Of a stretch of 64,000 bases of DNA, positions 1-10,783 are shown piece after piece. Within the stretch, counting starts at the first letter, position 1. The number at the start of each line of letters is the position of its first letter. This stretch comes from Nemertoderma westbladi. Its lineage: Eukaryota > Animalia > Xenacoelomorpha. The stretch spans positions 1-64,000 of the forward strand of contig JAUCBJ010008047.1 of the NCBI GenBank assembly GCA_032718475.1, written 5' to 3'. The notes beneath the pieces were generated by a model. That model was given only the letters and a program-made list of their open reading frames with translations. It searched no databases and was not told the DNA's origin. Made by a program: the position numbers and the translations under genes.

Positions 1-217
1 TATACAATAGATCACAATCGAAATAATACTAAATGTACTTGTACAGCAGTACCGGTACCGGTGATGACAGTTAGGCCTACTGACCTACAGAAATACCGGT
101 TACTACGGTATTTTGCAACCTTATTGCCTACTGCAATAAGATTATAACTGTTACTGTTCGACAGAACAGTATTAAACTGTATTTAATGCCTACACTGCAA
201 TACAAAGTAACTGTTAC

Positions 218-1450
218 TGTTCGCGCTTTTGAAGACCTTTAGCAGTTTAACCTGCCAAAATTTATATGTCTTTTAGTTAATTAACACACCTTTAGCATAC
301 GACAATATTTTATGCTAATACGCAAAACATTAGCCGAAGCCAGCCCATGCGCGATCATTCACCCGATGGATCTACACCCGGGAGGCTGAATTCGGATGCT
401 TAGATTTTATTATTGCAGTGTAAGGTTGCAGTGTAAACCTATTGTATTATTCGATAGATCACTAATATGTAATTTCTGACAGATATTATTAACTTTCGGG
501 AAATATTAACAGTTCCTTTAGGACGTGGCGCTCTATCTATTTAAACAGAGCTAGGACTTATACTAAACGCAACGATAAGGCTTATGATTAAAGTATAAGT
601 CGCATTCTTTAGGAAATGCTTTGTTACCAGTCACATCACACTCACAATCATGCACACTATTCTGCCGACCGTCAGTATATTTGATCACACATAAAGAGAA
701 CAGCAATTGACTCAGGTAGTGTCTACTAAATAACATTAGATTCAATACACACCACATTGATATAAATCGCAATTGTTATATATAGCCCGCCTCTCTAACC
801 TGTAGTGTATCAAGAAAATTGGGAATTTTGGGTGATTTATCCGTATTCTCCAAAGAGCAATATTTCCATCAACAAATAGATACAATTAATAACTGACGGT
901 AAATAGCAGTACAAACAATATGATTAGTGCAGTTAAATTAAGTGAGGTAACACCGCCGGTAACAGTTATACTTTCTATAATCTAAGCAGTTTACTAGAGT
1001 TCTTCCCAAAAAGCCGGTGTTTCTGGCTTAGACAGCAATAACAACAAAGTATCAAGTAAGGCAGTAAGACTGAACACTCTCCTTATGATCGGCTGAAAAG
1101 CTACACGTCGACAGGAAAAATCGCTCTGATTGGCTCAAGCCAAACAAAGAACCATGCATCCAATGGCTGTTTCCATGTCAGCAACCAGCTGTTAGATGTC
1201 GTAATATGAATCATCACGGCTAAGCTGTGAAAGGTAGTTGGTGCATTACAGGTTTTTTGCCTTACCATGTCCGCCAAAACACGTATATAGCAGAATGACT
1301 TTTATGTCCGTTAAAACACCTGTAACGGTACCTTGCGGGCGAGGGGAATATATATACAGTTAGAGAACCTTTTTAGAGTATTCCAGCGCCTGGGGGGAAA
1401 CTGGATTGCGAAGCAAAAGGGGCCAGTTATATCCCACAGAAGCTTTTACA
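218..1450 (-). mobile_element. 5' LTR of BEL/Pao element Z (element continues left beyond the window; 1-217 is its internal leader)
   Basis: Homologous to the LTRs of B. Sense termini are TGTAAAAGC...GCGCGAACA. Bases 1-217 match B's post-LTR leader at about 40250-40561. Confidence 0.85.
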
Positions 1451-1915
1451 AACGCTGTAAGGTAAACCCCCAACTAAAGAATAAGTCGCACTACTGGGTT
1501 AGAGCGCATACTCCCTAATCATTTCGGAGTCTGCATGTCCTGTAGTTTATTTAGGCTTGAGAGTAGTCTGCCATCGTTTAGTCTGTACTTTGTTTGTGTA
1601 AGTCTGTACGGGTAGCGTATAATTTTATTTAGATAATTTGTAGGCTGGATAGTTGTCCGGCTGTTATTAGGTCTGAACGGATTGCAGTGTGTGTAGATCA
1701 TTTGTCTGATTAAGTACGGTTAGGAAGTAGGGGCAGCGAACGCTGTAAGGTAAACCCCCAACTAAAGAATAAGTCGCACTACTGGGTTAGAGCGCATACT
1801 CCCTAATCATTTCGGAGTCTGCATATACCGTAGTTTGTTTAGGCTTGATAGTAGTCTGTCAGTGTTCGGTCTGTATTTTGTTTGAGTAGTTTGTACGCGT
1901 AGCGTAATATTTATT
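1451..1915 (+). repeat. ~288-bp tandem duplication in the 5' leader of A
   Basis: AACGCTGTAAGGTAAACCCCCAACTAAAG starts at both 1451 and 1739. B has an equivalent duplication at about 39595 and 39885. Confidence 0.85.
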
Positions 1916-3227
1916 ATTCAGAGTTTATGCGATTATCCGCAACATTCATTCCCCAAGTTTGTTCCTACAGTAATTGTGTTTGTTATACATACCGCTATAG
2001 TTAAATTAACCCCGGTACTACACGGGCTGCTCGGCGTAGGTAAAGACTGGTGATTTTGTGCATCGGTCACTCCAGCAGATGCCGTGGTTCTTTTAGCTGT
2101 TCAAGTATCTTTAACTACTGATTATCTGTTGTACAAGTACTCGTACCTAATTTAGGGTTTAGTGTACAGTACTTTCCGAAGTAATTATTGTAGACATTAC
2201 ATCTGTGTTGTAAAGTGGTTGATAGGCACATTCGATTAGCTCTATTAACTTCTAGGTAGGAACACTCCGTGATACATAACGTAGAACCTATAGCGATACG
2301 GCTATAGGTCGTCAGGCGGTGGTATTTTTCTATCTAGACAACGTAGTGTATTTACTACTACTTATTATTTCAAATACCGTAGTACCCTGTCCGTTGTAAT
2401 AACCAGATTTCTAACCCTTTGTCAGGCTGGTTTGTAGACTTCTTGTAAAAATACCCTAAAAATTTCGTATTTTGTGTTTTTTGTAAATTTTTTGTGTTTA
2501 TTTAGAGATTGTAATCTCAACCCGAATTGTACGTAATTTGTAGTATTAAGTAACTTAGGTAAATTAGAATTATTTGTTTTAGTGTCCTATACGTAACACT
2601 TCACTGAAAGCGCACCGCTTTGTGTAGTGATTACCCCAGAAATAATAACATTTATTTCAAACATAGACAAAACCCATTAAAACGGGTATATATATATTAT
2701 AAATCAAATCTAACGATTATAAATAGTAGGCCTACCATACAACCATTAGGTCTCAATATCAGTTGGATTACTGCTTAAATAACGGTAATAAAGTAAGTTA
2801 AAGTAACCAAGTAACCCTAAAGTTCAGAAATTCAGTTATTTTAAAATAATTGATATACCGGTATTTACGATAGGCCTATTATCTTTATTTCTATAAATCT
2901 AGGCTGAAATTATACCGGTACGTGTAATTAATTCTATTTCAGAATTATATATACTACAAACTGTAAGCTGTATACCGGTATTCCGATAGGCCTATTATAT
3001 TTTTATATATATTTGTGCTAAAATTATACCGGTATTCTGTGATAAACCTAGTCTGTAATAATAGTTATATATACTATAAGCATACCGGTATTCTAATATA
3101 TTATATATATCACGCTACACTGAGTAGCAGTACCGGTAATTAATTACTAGGCTAGCAGTTAATACTGAATTACTAGACTTGCTTTAACTGTATTTATAGC
3201 CGTAGGCATTCAACTGTGTAAACGAGC

Positions 3228-6200
3228 ATGTCTGACACAACCCAATCACTGTCGGATAGTCTCCTAGATAGTGTTAGAATGACTGTCAGAAAGTGTCTTA
3301 AAAAGATCAGTGACCCAGATCCAAGTATAGAACATCCTAGATCCAAGTCTAAGTCACCTCCAGCTGTAAGAAGGGCCATCCCTACTGTAGTAGTCTCAGA
3401 CCCTGGGCTGGTCCAACATCGTAGGTCTATCATAGGCACTCGAGCTCGGGTCAAGCGGGACCAAGAAGCAGCGGAACAGCGACAACCCGCGAGCCAAGAG
3501 CTTACTTCTCAGCGGCCCGATAGCTCCGGTGGTTCGGATACTGTTGGGCGGACGCCCGAACGCGGAGCGAAGATGGCGGATAAGGTTTATGATGAGCGGC
3601 CAACCTATGAAGAATCAACCGACGCCACTTCTTCTCAAGAAGAAAGCGAAGTGACAGCAGAGGAACCGCATAAGAGAGATGCCATTGACATCTATCTGTC
3701 AGACTATCAACGCTTTGTGGGAGATGAAGAGTTGAGGAGAAGGCTGGAGGGGCTCAGCCCTAATAGTGAAGGAACCAAGCTTGTGCAGGACGCAATCGAT
3801 GCGGAAATGTTAGCGGCGAACCAAGCTAAATTCGATGAACAACTCCGCATCGCTAGAGAAAAGGAAGAACAAGTAAGGAAAAAACGTATAGAAGACAGAA
3901 AGATAGCAGCAGTGGCAGAGGCAGAAAGAAAAGCGGCAGCGGCAGAGGCAAAAGCAGCAGCGGCAGAGGCAAAAGCGGCAGCAGTGGCGGAAGCAGAACG
4001 AAAAGCGGTAGCGGCAGAGGTAAAAGCAGCAGCGGCAGAGGCAAAAGCGGCAGCAGTGGCGGAAGTAGAACGAAAAGCGGCTGAAGAGATCATCCAACTG
4101 GAGTTGGAAAATCTTCAAGAGAAGCAAGACGACTTCAGTAAACAGTTAGCAGCTAGTAATATGCAGATGATGAGTCGATCTACTCCCAAAAGACAGGGGT
4201 ATACATCATCTGAGGAAGGCGATACCACCGATACTGAAGGCAAAGGAAATAGATCTCGTCTAAGCAGACGTAAAAGAACATTCCACCGTCAGAAATTGCC
4301 TGATTTGCCTCCAGCTGTTAGAAGGCAACTAAATAATACCAACTTAGGTAGTACAGAGCCCACAGACCAAATAACTAAAATAGAAAGACTCCCTACTATA
4401 GTAGATGAGCCTGAAATAATTAGGCCTGTTCTTGAAATCACCCCTTCGGTAATAGATACACCTGTGCTCCCTGAAGCTACCTATAAATTCCCTCTGCATA
4501 GCACTAAGCTACCTGTGCCCCGTAGAACTGCCCAGGAGACAGTTCAGGTCCTGGACCCCGAGCGAAATATTCCAAATTTGTCGCCCGTTGTCCCTCGTCT
4601 GCCCGCTACGACGTTGGCGGATCCCGTTTCGGCGGTTGATTGGGTAGACGAGAGACGGCGGGGGATGGATATTCTCCTCGGAGAGATGAAGGAGAATCAG
4701 AGACTCTCCTCCCAACAGGTCCGAGAGTTGGAAGGGACTGTCCAACATTTAAAGGGAACAGTAAGGGAAAGTAGGCTAGAGTTGCAAGAAGTGCAGCAAA
4801 GTATCGCGCTTGAACGCGATAAATTAGTAAACACCCAAAAGGGTATACCACCACCCTCTGTAACAATGTGTCAACCTGTTAGGTCTGAAGTATCGCATGC
4901 GCAAGGTGTGGAGCCTACACGCATCTATACTGCTAGCGAAGTAGAAACTCCTATAGTGAACCCTATTAAGGGTAATTATAGACCTGTTGATAATGATATT
5001 CCATATCGAACTGATCATAATCCGAGAAATTTATATGCCGATAACTCGATATTAAATAGCACGATGGCCCAAGAAAGTTTTACGCGTCAAATGGCTAGAA
5101 CCGAAGCCCGGCAAGCGGTAAAGGTGGGAGAGATCGTTAAGTTCAATGGAGATGAGATGAAATGGTTACCTTTTAATGAATATTACAAAGATAACATACA
5201 GAACTCTGTACTATCTAATGGAGAAAAACTTAGATACCTCATCAAGTGCTTGGAAGGATTTCCCAAGTTAATGGCGTTAAAGTTTATTGGACATCCAGAC
5301 GGATTAAGACAAGTTTGGGATACACTAAACATCAGGTATGGTAATAGGAATAACATCGCGGGATACTTATATGCAAAGTTAGTAGCGCCCCGAAAGTTTA
5401 TTAGTAGCGGAATTATCGAGTTTTCCGATGAGATCCAGGAGATCTGCAGACAATTAGACTGGCTAGGTAAGTCTCATGAGTATCAGAACACTATGGTTAT
5501 TAGAGCAGTGGCTTCTACTTTACCTAAAGGTGGAGTAGGTACACGCTGGGATAAGAAAGTGTTATATATGATGGAACAACAACGGCGAGACCCTACCATG
5601 GCTGATCTCATGTCATTCCTAGATGGAGAAGTGAAATTACAGCTCCTGAAACTGTCTAGGGAGAAAACACCGGAAAACAAGGTAAGTGAAAAACCCGTCT
5701 CTAGGAGAAAAATAACACCAGTATGTTATACCGATGACGGCGAAAGCCAGACTTCTCAAGGAGAAGATAGCGGGAAGGACACGGATAGATCTTATTACGT
5801 GAATAAAATGCCTAAAGATCAGGTAAGTAAATTTAAGTCTCGAACAAATGACAGGAGGGAACAGGTAAGAAAAACTCCTCCCACGTCTCCCAAGAGAATT
5901 CAGGTGAGAAAACCCGAAGAAAAGGCAAGTGTACACAATGTGACTCAAAACAAGGTAAGTAACATCAAACCAAAATGTGCGCTGTGCGACGGGACCCACC
6001 GTTTAAATGCGTGTGATAAATTCCTGAGGAAATCACTAAAGGATAGACGTGAAGTCATGTGGGATAAGCGGTTGTGTTATAATTGCCTCAGACGAGGACA
6101 CCAACGGCGAACCTGTAACTCCGACGCAAGGTGTGCAAAGTGCGGCGCAAAACATCATATCTTGTTGCACACGGAATTCGAACGAAACAGCCCGAGTCAG

Positions 6201-7715
6201 GTAAGTGAGTCCGAACTACATGTCCAATTCAGTGATGTGAACGACACTGATCAATCTGAGATGGAAGGATTCTATACGGACGAGTTCTCCGACCAAAACG
6301 AATCCTGTTACCTGATAAACACCACCGCAGTGTATCGAGCACTCGTGTATGAGAAAGACACAGACAGCGACCTTACCTTAACTACTTCCGATCAACAACC
6401 ATCTTGGAAAGCGCCAACTTCCAATATAGGAATCCGAGAATTTCCTGTAGTCCAGTTACGGGTCCACGGACCTCAGAAGAGCTATATAGTGAACGCCCTC
6501 CTGGACTCCGGTAGCACAGGAACATTCATCGATAGGGAACTAGCCGAAGTCATCTTTGCTGGACAACCCAAGTTCCGAACCAAGCTAAACATGTCAGGGA
6601 TCATGCAGGTTTGGAATTCTACTGTAGCTGCCGACTATTATATAGGTGAGTTGTCCACCCCCCAGGACGAACTAGGAGAACATAGCATCAGGTCAGTGAA
6701 AATGGTGGCTATAAAGAACTTCGCTACTACTCAAGCAGACCTTTATAATTGGGACGAGGATGAGAGCATCCAACATCTTAACATACCTCGATTCCAGACT
6801 GATTATCCTGGAGTGCAAATACTCATCGGCCAAAACGCGCATGAGGCGCTGGAGACATTAGAGAAACGGCCTGCTCAACCGCAGCCACTACAGACCTATG
6901 CGGTAAGAACTAGAGTAGGTTGGTACCTTACTGGACCTTCCGGTAGAACGCTCAGGGAAAGACTGCTTCAAGATCGCGTCTGCCAGGTGAGTGAATGGGA
7001 AGATGATACTAGTGAGGGAGACGACCCAACTGAGGGAACACCACACTCCTCAGATAATGACAATCTTAGCTCCAATGTAGATCAATGGAGATATTGCCCC
7101 AAGAAGTTTAATCCAACGGACATCGCTTCCAGAGGAGCAACTCCTCAAGAACTGACAGATACTATAGACCGGTTAGGTGAACCCGACTTCCTGAGTAAGG
7201 AGAATGAATGGCCTCCCCATCTTACTCCGACTGAGATTAGACCAGCCAAGGGAGCGGAGAAAGTCGAACCTGAAACCCGGACGGGTGGATCGGAGTTATT
7301 TGAACCCGGGATAGATCTGTCGGTATTACATATTGCCAGGGACGACGCCGTGGATCTGGACCTCCCCACCGCGAGTGGATCCTTCATGAAGATCAGAGAG
7401 AGCGATTGGAGCTCTGGAACATCAGACGTCTCGCAGGGACTCTCACCTCTCCTGCAGGGAGCGACGGACCACTATAGCTCCTGGAATCGGCTTTGTAAGG
7501 CCGTCGTGTACCTAGAGCGATGTTTCTATCGTCACTATTCCAGGACGAAGAGGAAACCTGGAATTGTATTCGGGATGCAGCGACTCAATCACCCAGTCGG
7601 TCGTTTGTGTTTACCGGAAGGGAATGGAGGACTCTCCGGAAACTGTGGAAGGCAAGATTCTCTTCCCACGACCACCTCCCTAATCCTTCAAACATCTAGG
7701 GACTCCATAACGTAA
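3228..7715 (+). CDS. BEL/Pao Gag-protease polyprotein with RT, RNase H and integrase deleted (1495 aa)
   Basis: Contains an Ala/Glu/Lys coiled-coil repeat, the gag core (KFNGDEMKWLPF...EKLRYL), three BEL-type CCHC knuckles and protease LLDSGS. It then jumps to NPTDIASRG and to the integrase C-terminal tail. There is no YxDD or DDE motif. Confidence 0.9.
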   Translation: MSDTTQSLSDSLLDSVRMTVRKCLKKISDPDPSIEHPRSKSKSPPAVRRAIPTVVVSDPGLVQHRRSIIGTRARVKRDQEAAEQRQPASQELTSQRPDSSGGSDTVGRTPERGAKMADKVYDERPTYEESTDATSSQEESEVTAEEPHKRDAIDIYLSDYQRFVGDEELRRRLEGLSPNSEGTKLVQDAIDAEMLAANQAKFDEQLRIAREKEEQVRKKRIEDRKIAAVAEAERKAAAAEAKAAAAEAKAAAVAEAERKAVAAEVKAAAAEAKAAAVAEVERKAAEEIIQLELENLQEKQDDFSKQLAASNMQMMSRSTPKRQGYTSSEEGDTTDTEGKGNRSRLSRRKRTFHRQKLPDLPPAVRRQLNNTNLGSTEPTDQITKIERLPTIVDEPEIIRPVLEITPSVIDTPVLPEATYKFPLHSTKLPVPRRTAQETVQVLDPERNIPNLSPVVPRLPATTLADPVSAVDWVDERRRGMDILLGEMKENQRLSSQQVRELEGTVQHLKGTVRESRLELQEVQQSIALERDKLVNTQKGIPPPSVTMCQPVRSEVSHAQGVEPTRIYTASEVETPIVNPIKGNYRPVDNDIPYRTDHNPRNLYADNSILNSTMAQESFTRQMARTEARQAVKVGEIVKFNGDEMKWLPFNEYYKDNIQNSVLSNGEKLRYLIKCLEGFPKLMALKFIGHPDGLRQVWDTLNIRYGNRNNIAGYLYAKLVAPRKFISSGIIEFSDEIQEICRQLDWLGKSHEYQNTMVIRAVASTLPKGGVGTRWDKKVLYMMEQQRRDPTMADLMSFLDGEVKLQLLKLSREKTPENKVSEKPVSRRKITPVCYTDDGESQTSQGEDSGKDTDRSYYVNKMPKDQVSKFKSRTNDRREQVRKTPPTSPKRIQVRKPEEKASVHNVTQNKVSNIKPKCALCDGTHRLNACDKFLRKSLKDRREVMWDKRLCYNCLRRGHQRRTCNSDARCAKCGAKHHILLHTEFERNSPSQVSESELHVQFSDVNDTDQSEMEGFYTDEFSDQNESCYLINTTAVYRALVYEKDTDSDLTLTTSDQQPSWKAPTSNIGIREFPVVQLRVHGPQKSYIVNALLDSGSTGTFIDRELAEVIFAGQPKFRTKLNMSGIMQVWNSTVAADYYIGELSTPQDELGEHSIRSVKMVAIKNFATTQADLYNWDEDESIQHLNIPRFQTDYPGVQILIGQNAHEALETLEKRPAQPQPLQTYAVRTRVGWYLTGPSGRTLRERLLQDRVCQVSEWEDDTSEGDDPTEGTPHSSDNDNLSSNVDQWRYCPKKFNPTDIASRGATPQELTDTIDRLGEPDFLSKENEWPPHLTPTEIRPAKGAEKVEPETRTGGSELFEPGIDLSVLHIARDDAVDLDLPTASGSFMKIRESDWSSGTSDVSQGLSPLLQGATDHYSSWNRLCKAVVYLERCFYRHYSRTKRKPGIVFGMQRLNHPVGRLCLPEGNGGLSGNCGRQDSLPTTTSLILQTSRDSIT

Positions 7716-9374
7716 CAACATATGGAGTGGGTGTGTGACTCTATTATTTTATATTATTTTATTATTTTTATATTTATGTATGTATTACTATGTAATTTTA
7801 TTATAATCGTTTTCTTTAATTTTATTCAGTAGAATGTTATTTTAGCGATTATTTTGTAGAATAGTGCATATATATTCGTGTTTATTACGTCGTAATTACG
7901 TATATATTATATTTAGTGCGACGGCAAGAAATAATTCTTTTTCTCTTTCCTTACTGTCCGTATTCTATTATAAATACGTAACTACAGTAAGATGAAATGT
8001 CCGTACTTATTAAAGTACAATAAAGCCACTACTATATTCAAGTATTATTGGTAGGCAGAGTATTAGGAATGCAAAGTTCAGATCCTCGTGTCTCGGCTAA
8101 ACCAAGCTCTGGGTAGACCTTGGAAACGACTTGCCTCTTCACACTGACATTGCTTCGTGCGATATTGCTCTCATACCGTATATTAAATAATACATATAGT
8201 AGCGTGATGTCCCTTTAACAGTAGCGTATAACGCAAAATAAATCTGTTAAACCCTTTGACCATCTGTCATTCTAGTCGATTAAGATATCGCGGCACCCAC
8301 CGATATACTTGAAAGACAAATTCTAGAATCAGTGGTTAACGTCCCCAGACAAGTTCTGGAATAAATCGGTGCCCATCTCAAATATTAATTATTTAATATT
8401 TGCAAATCTAATAAATCAAAATCTGTAAAATTCAGATCCTTCAACAATTCTAGTCAATTAAGATATCGTAGCATTTACCGATATTCTTAAAAAGACAATT
8501 GTCATAGAATTAAGGATCTTGTGTCCCCAGACATGTTCTAGAATCAAAATATGTCCATTTAATTATCAAATAATAAAATTTCAGGGAATAAATTTAAATT
8601 CATGCCTTTTAATGAATTTAATAAATTGCCATTTTTACGCAATTTATAACAGTTCCCAAAATTCCATTAATTAATAGATCAAGGGAGCGGAGATTTATCT
8701 TATTATGCATATGAGTGTGCGAAAGTCTCCCAAACATAGTCAATAGCCGATAAAATTCATAAAGTCATGTATAAAACAGAACATTGACTATTAAAGAATA
8801 CTATTAAATAACATCCCAGATCTGTATGCATTGGAATTACTCTAATTCTACCGCTAGCTTTGCATAATGTCACCATAGCAACAACCACGCTAGAATTAGA
8901 ATTGAGTTAAAAGAACAATAGAAAGCTTGTCCCATTGAATAGCATAGGGAATAAATAGCGCACTACTAGTATCCAAGGATACATAATAATACAGTGACAT
9001 TCTGGAAGGCATTGACTAACGGACAAATGGCCCGAATGTGTGTAATTTGTGACAAGTGGTGTGTGTGGTATTTGTGAGTTTATAGGTGAATGTTACTGCT
9101 AAGGTGTGTTTACAGTAGCTAGTCGCAATCGTAAAAGTAACCTAACTCTCCAAGGAAAACCTGAAGTACATCTAAGCCTTTGGGACGGACAGTCGAGTGA
9201 CTTGTGCCGGTTGTCGTTGTCGTTGTGCGGCTACGTCGTTGGCGAAAGTACAGCGGCGACGACACATCGGCGCTGAGGATCTCGTACTGTCCGGGGGTTG
9301 ATTGGGTAGGCAGCGACGCCCGCTCGCCTAAATATAAACTCATTATAATATGGATAAACTCATATATAGCAGAT

Positions 9375-10705
9375 ATGACGGAGTTGATAGAAGATGGTCT
9401 TGGTATCGGGGAACGATATATTCTACTTTCAAACGTTTGTTGATAGCTTGATACGCGGTGATACTAGTCCAACTACTACGAAGGATGATGGTCGTTATAT
9501 CGAACCGCCAATGTCCCAAGAGCAGCTCACGCGTGAGTTGGACTATAAGAAATTCACCGCTCGATATACGCAGCGTAATGGTACGTATATGGGCTTCTTA
9601 ACTACTGGTCATTCTATCAATTTACACAATACGGACTATGTCGACTATATATCCTGCCCAGAGGAGTCGGAACCATAAGCTGAAATTCGAATGCGAAAAT
9701 TCTATTCGAAATCGGCTCGAAAGAAAAGACATTAAAGAAACAAATAAACGCGGTAACTCCAACATATATTTGGAATTCTTGATAGAAGCATTGTAACAAC
9801 AAATAAATATCATCCGCGTTTCCCCTACCAAACGTGCGTCTTTGGTATTATTACGGTAAATGCCCTAGATCCAGCCAATAAACGGAAAGACATAAACATC
9901 CACGGAAACGTTGTGATAAACACAGTTGTGTTCGTTATATTTACTGGAGTTTCGAGCGAAACTTGTTTGACGTATCACCTATGCTCACTCGGCTCTAACG
10001 ATCCTAGAGTAAACCTACGATCAGAGTCCCGGAATACTCGGTCAAACCTCCTCATTCCTTAGTTGGACCTCAGACCTGCGATCCTGGTGGTGTCGCGGAT
10101 CCTCGCGGACTGTATTCACTGTTCAAAGATCTAGTGCTACCCTAACAATTAATCGGTAACACTCCGACAGTGATTTCTAGCTAGCCGCCCATCTTACCTA
10201 GCCGGATTGTGACGCGGACACCTAATATCACTATCCAACCGTATGGTCGTCCACGTTTAATGCGATACAACCCCTCATCAAGATGAAGGAGAGCGTTGTA
10301 CGAAACGAGTTAAACGCTATTCTATAAAGATCAAAAAGGAAACCTGCGTTTGTTCAGATAAACGTAAGTTATAATAGTAAGTCCAATCGATAAACGAATT
10401 GGCCTTATCTCAGTTCGATTGGGAAACCTCGAATCTCAAAGAAGATATCAAGCTTAGAAAACCCTATTCTCTGCGAGAGTTTTGGACGAACGTATCCCAT
10501 GACAAGCGGAGGAAAATCAGCTCGAGGAGAAGCATATCGAAATGGACGAGACACCGACCGTAAACCCAAACCTTTTAATGCAATCATATTGCACCCTTCA
10601 CCCAGGAGTTATGGCCCTCCTAGTAAAGTGGCTCCCCCCAAAGAGAAAAGGACTCTGGCTAGCCTCAAGAAACTGCGTAAACGCCGTCCGCGCAAGAAAG
10701 ACTAA
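9375..10705 (+). pseudogene. Decayed accessory gene of A (homolog of B 26904-28496)
   Basis: MTELIED start, the YIEPPMSQEQLTRELDY block and the KKLRKRRPRKKD* end match B. Several stops and frameshifts are present. Confidence 0.75.
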
Positions 10706-10775
10706 CTGTTTAGAGTATTTTTATATTTTAGAAACTGTGATTTTGTATATTTTATAGACTTAAATCCCATTTTCT

Positions 10776-10783
10776 GGGAGCGG
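10776..10783 (+). promoter_or_regulatory. Polypurine tract of A (GGGAGCGG)
   Basis: Directly abuts the LTR start TGTAAAAGC. The same motif abuts the 3' LTRs of B (26826-26833, minus) and C (GGAGCGG, 60589-60595). Confidence 0.8.

Noticed and set aside
3707-4127. Antisense Ala-, Cys- or Leu/Pro-rich ORFs (also 36808-37260 and 49082-49492)
   Set aside because: Shadow frames of the gag coiled-coil repeats.
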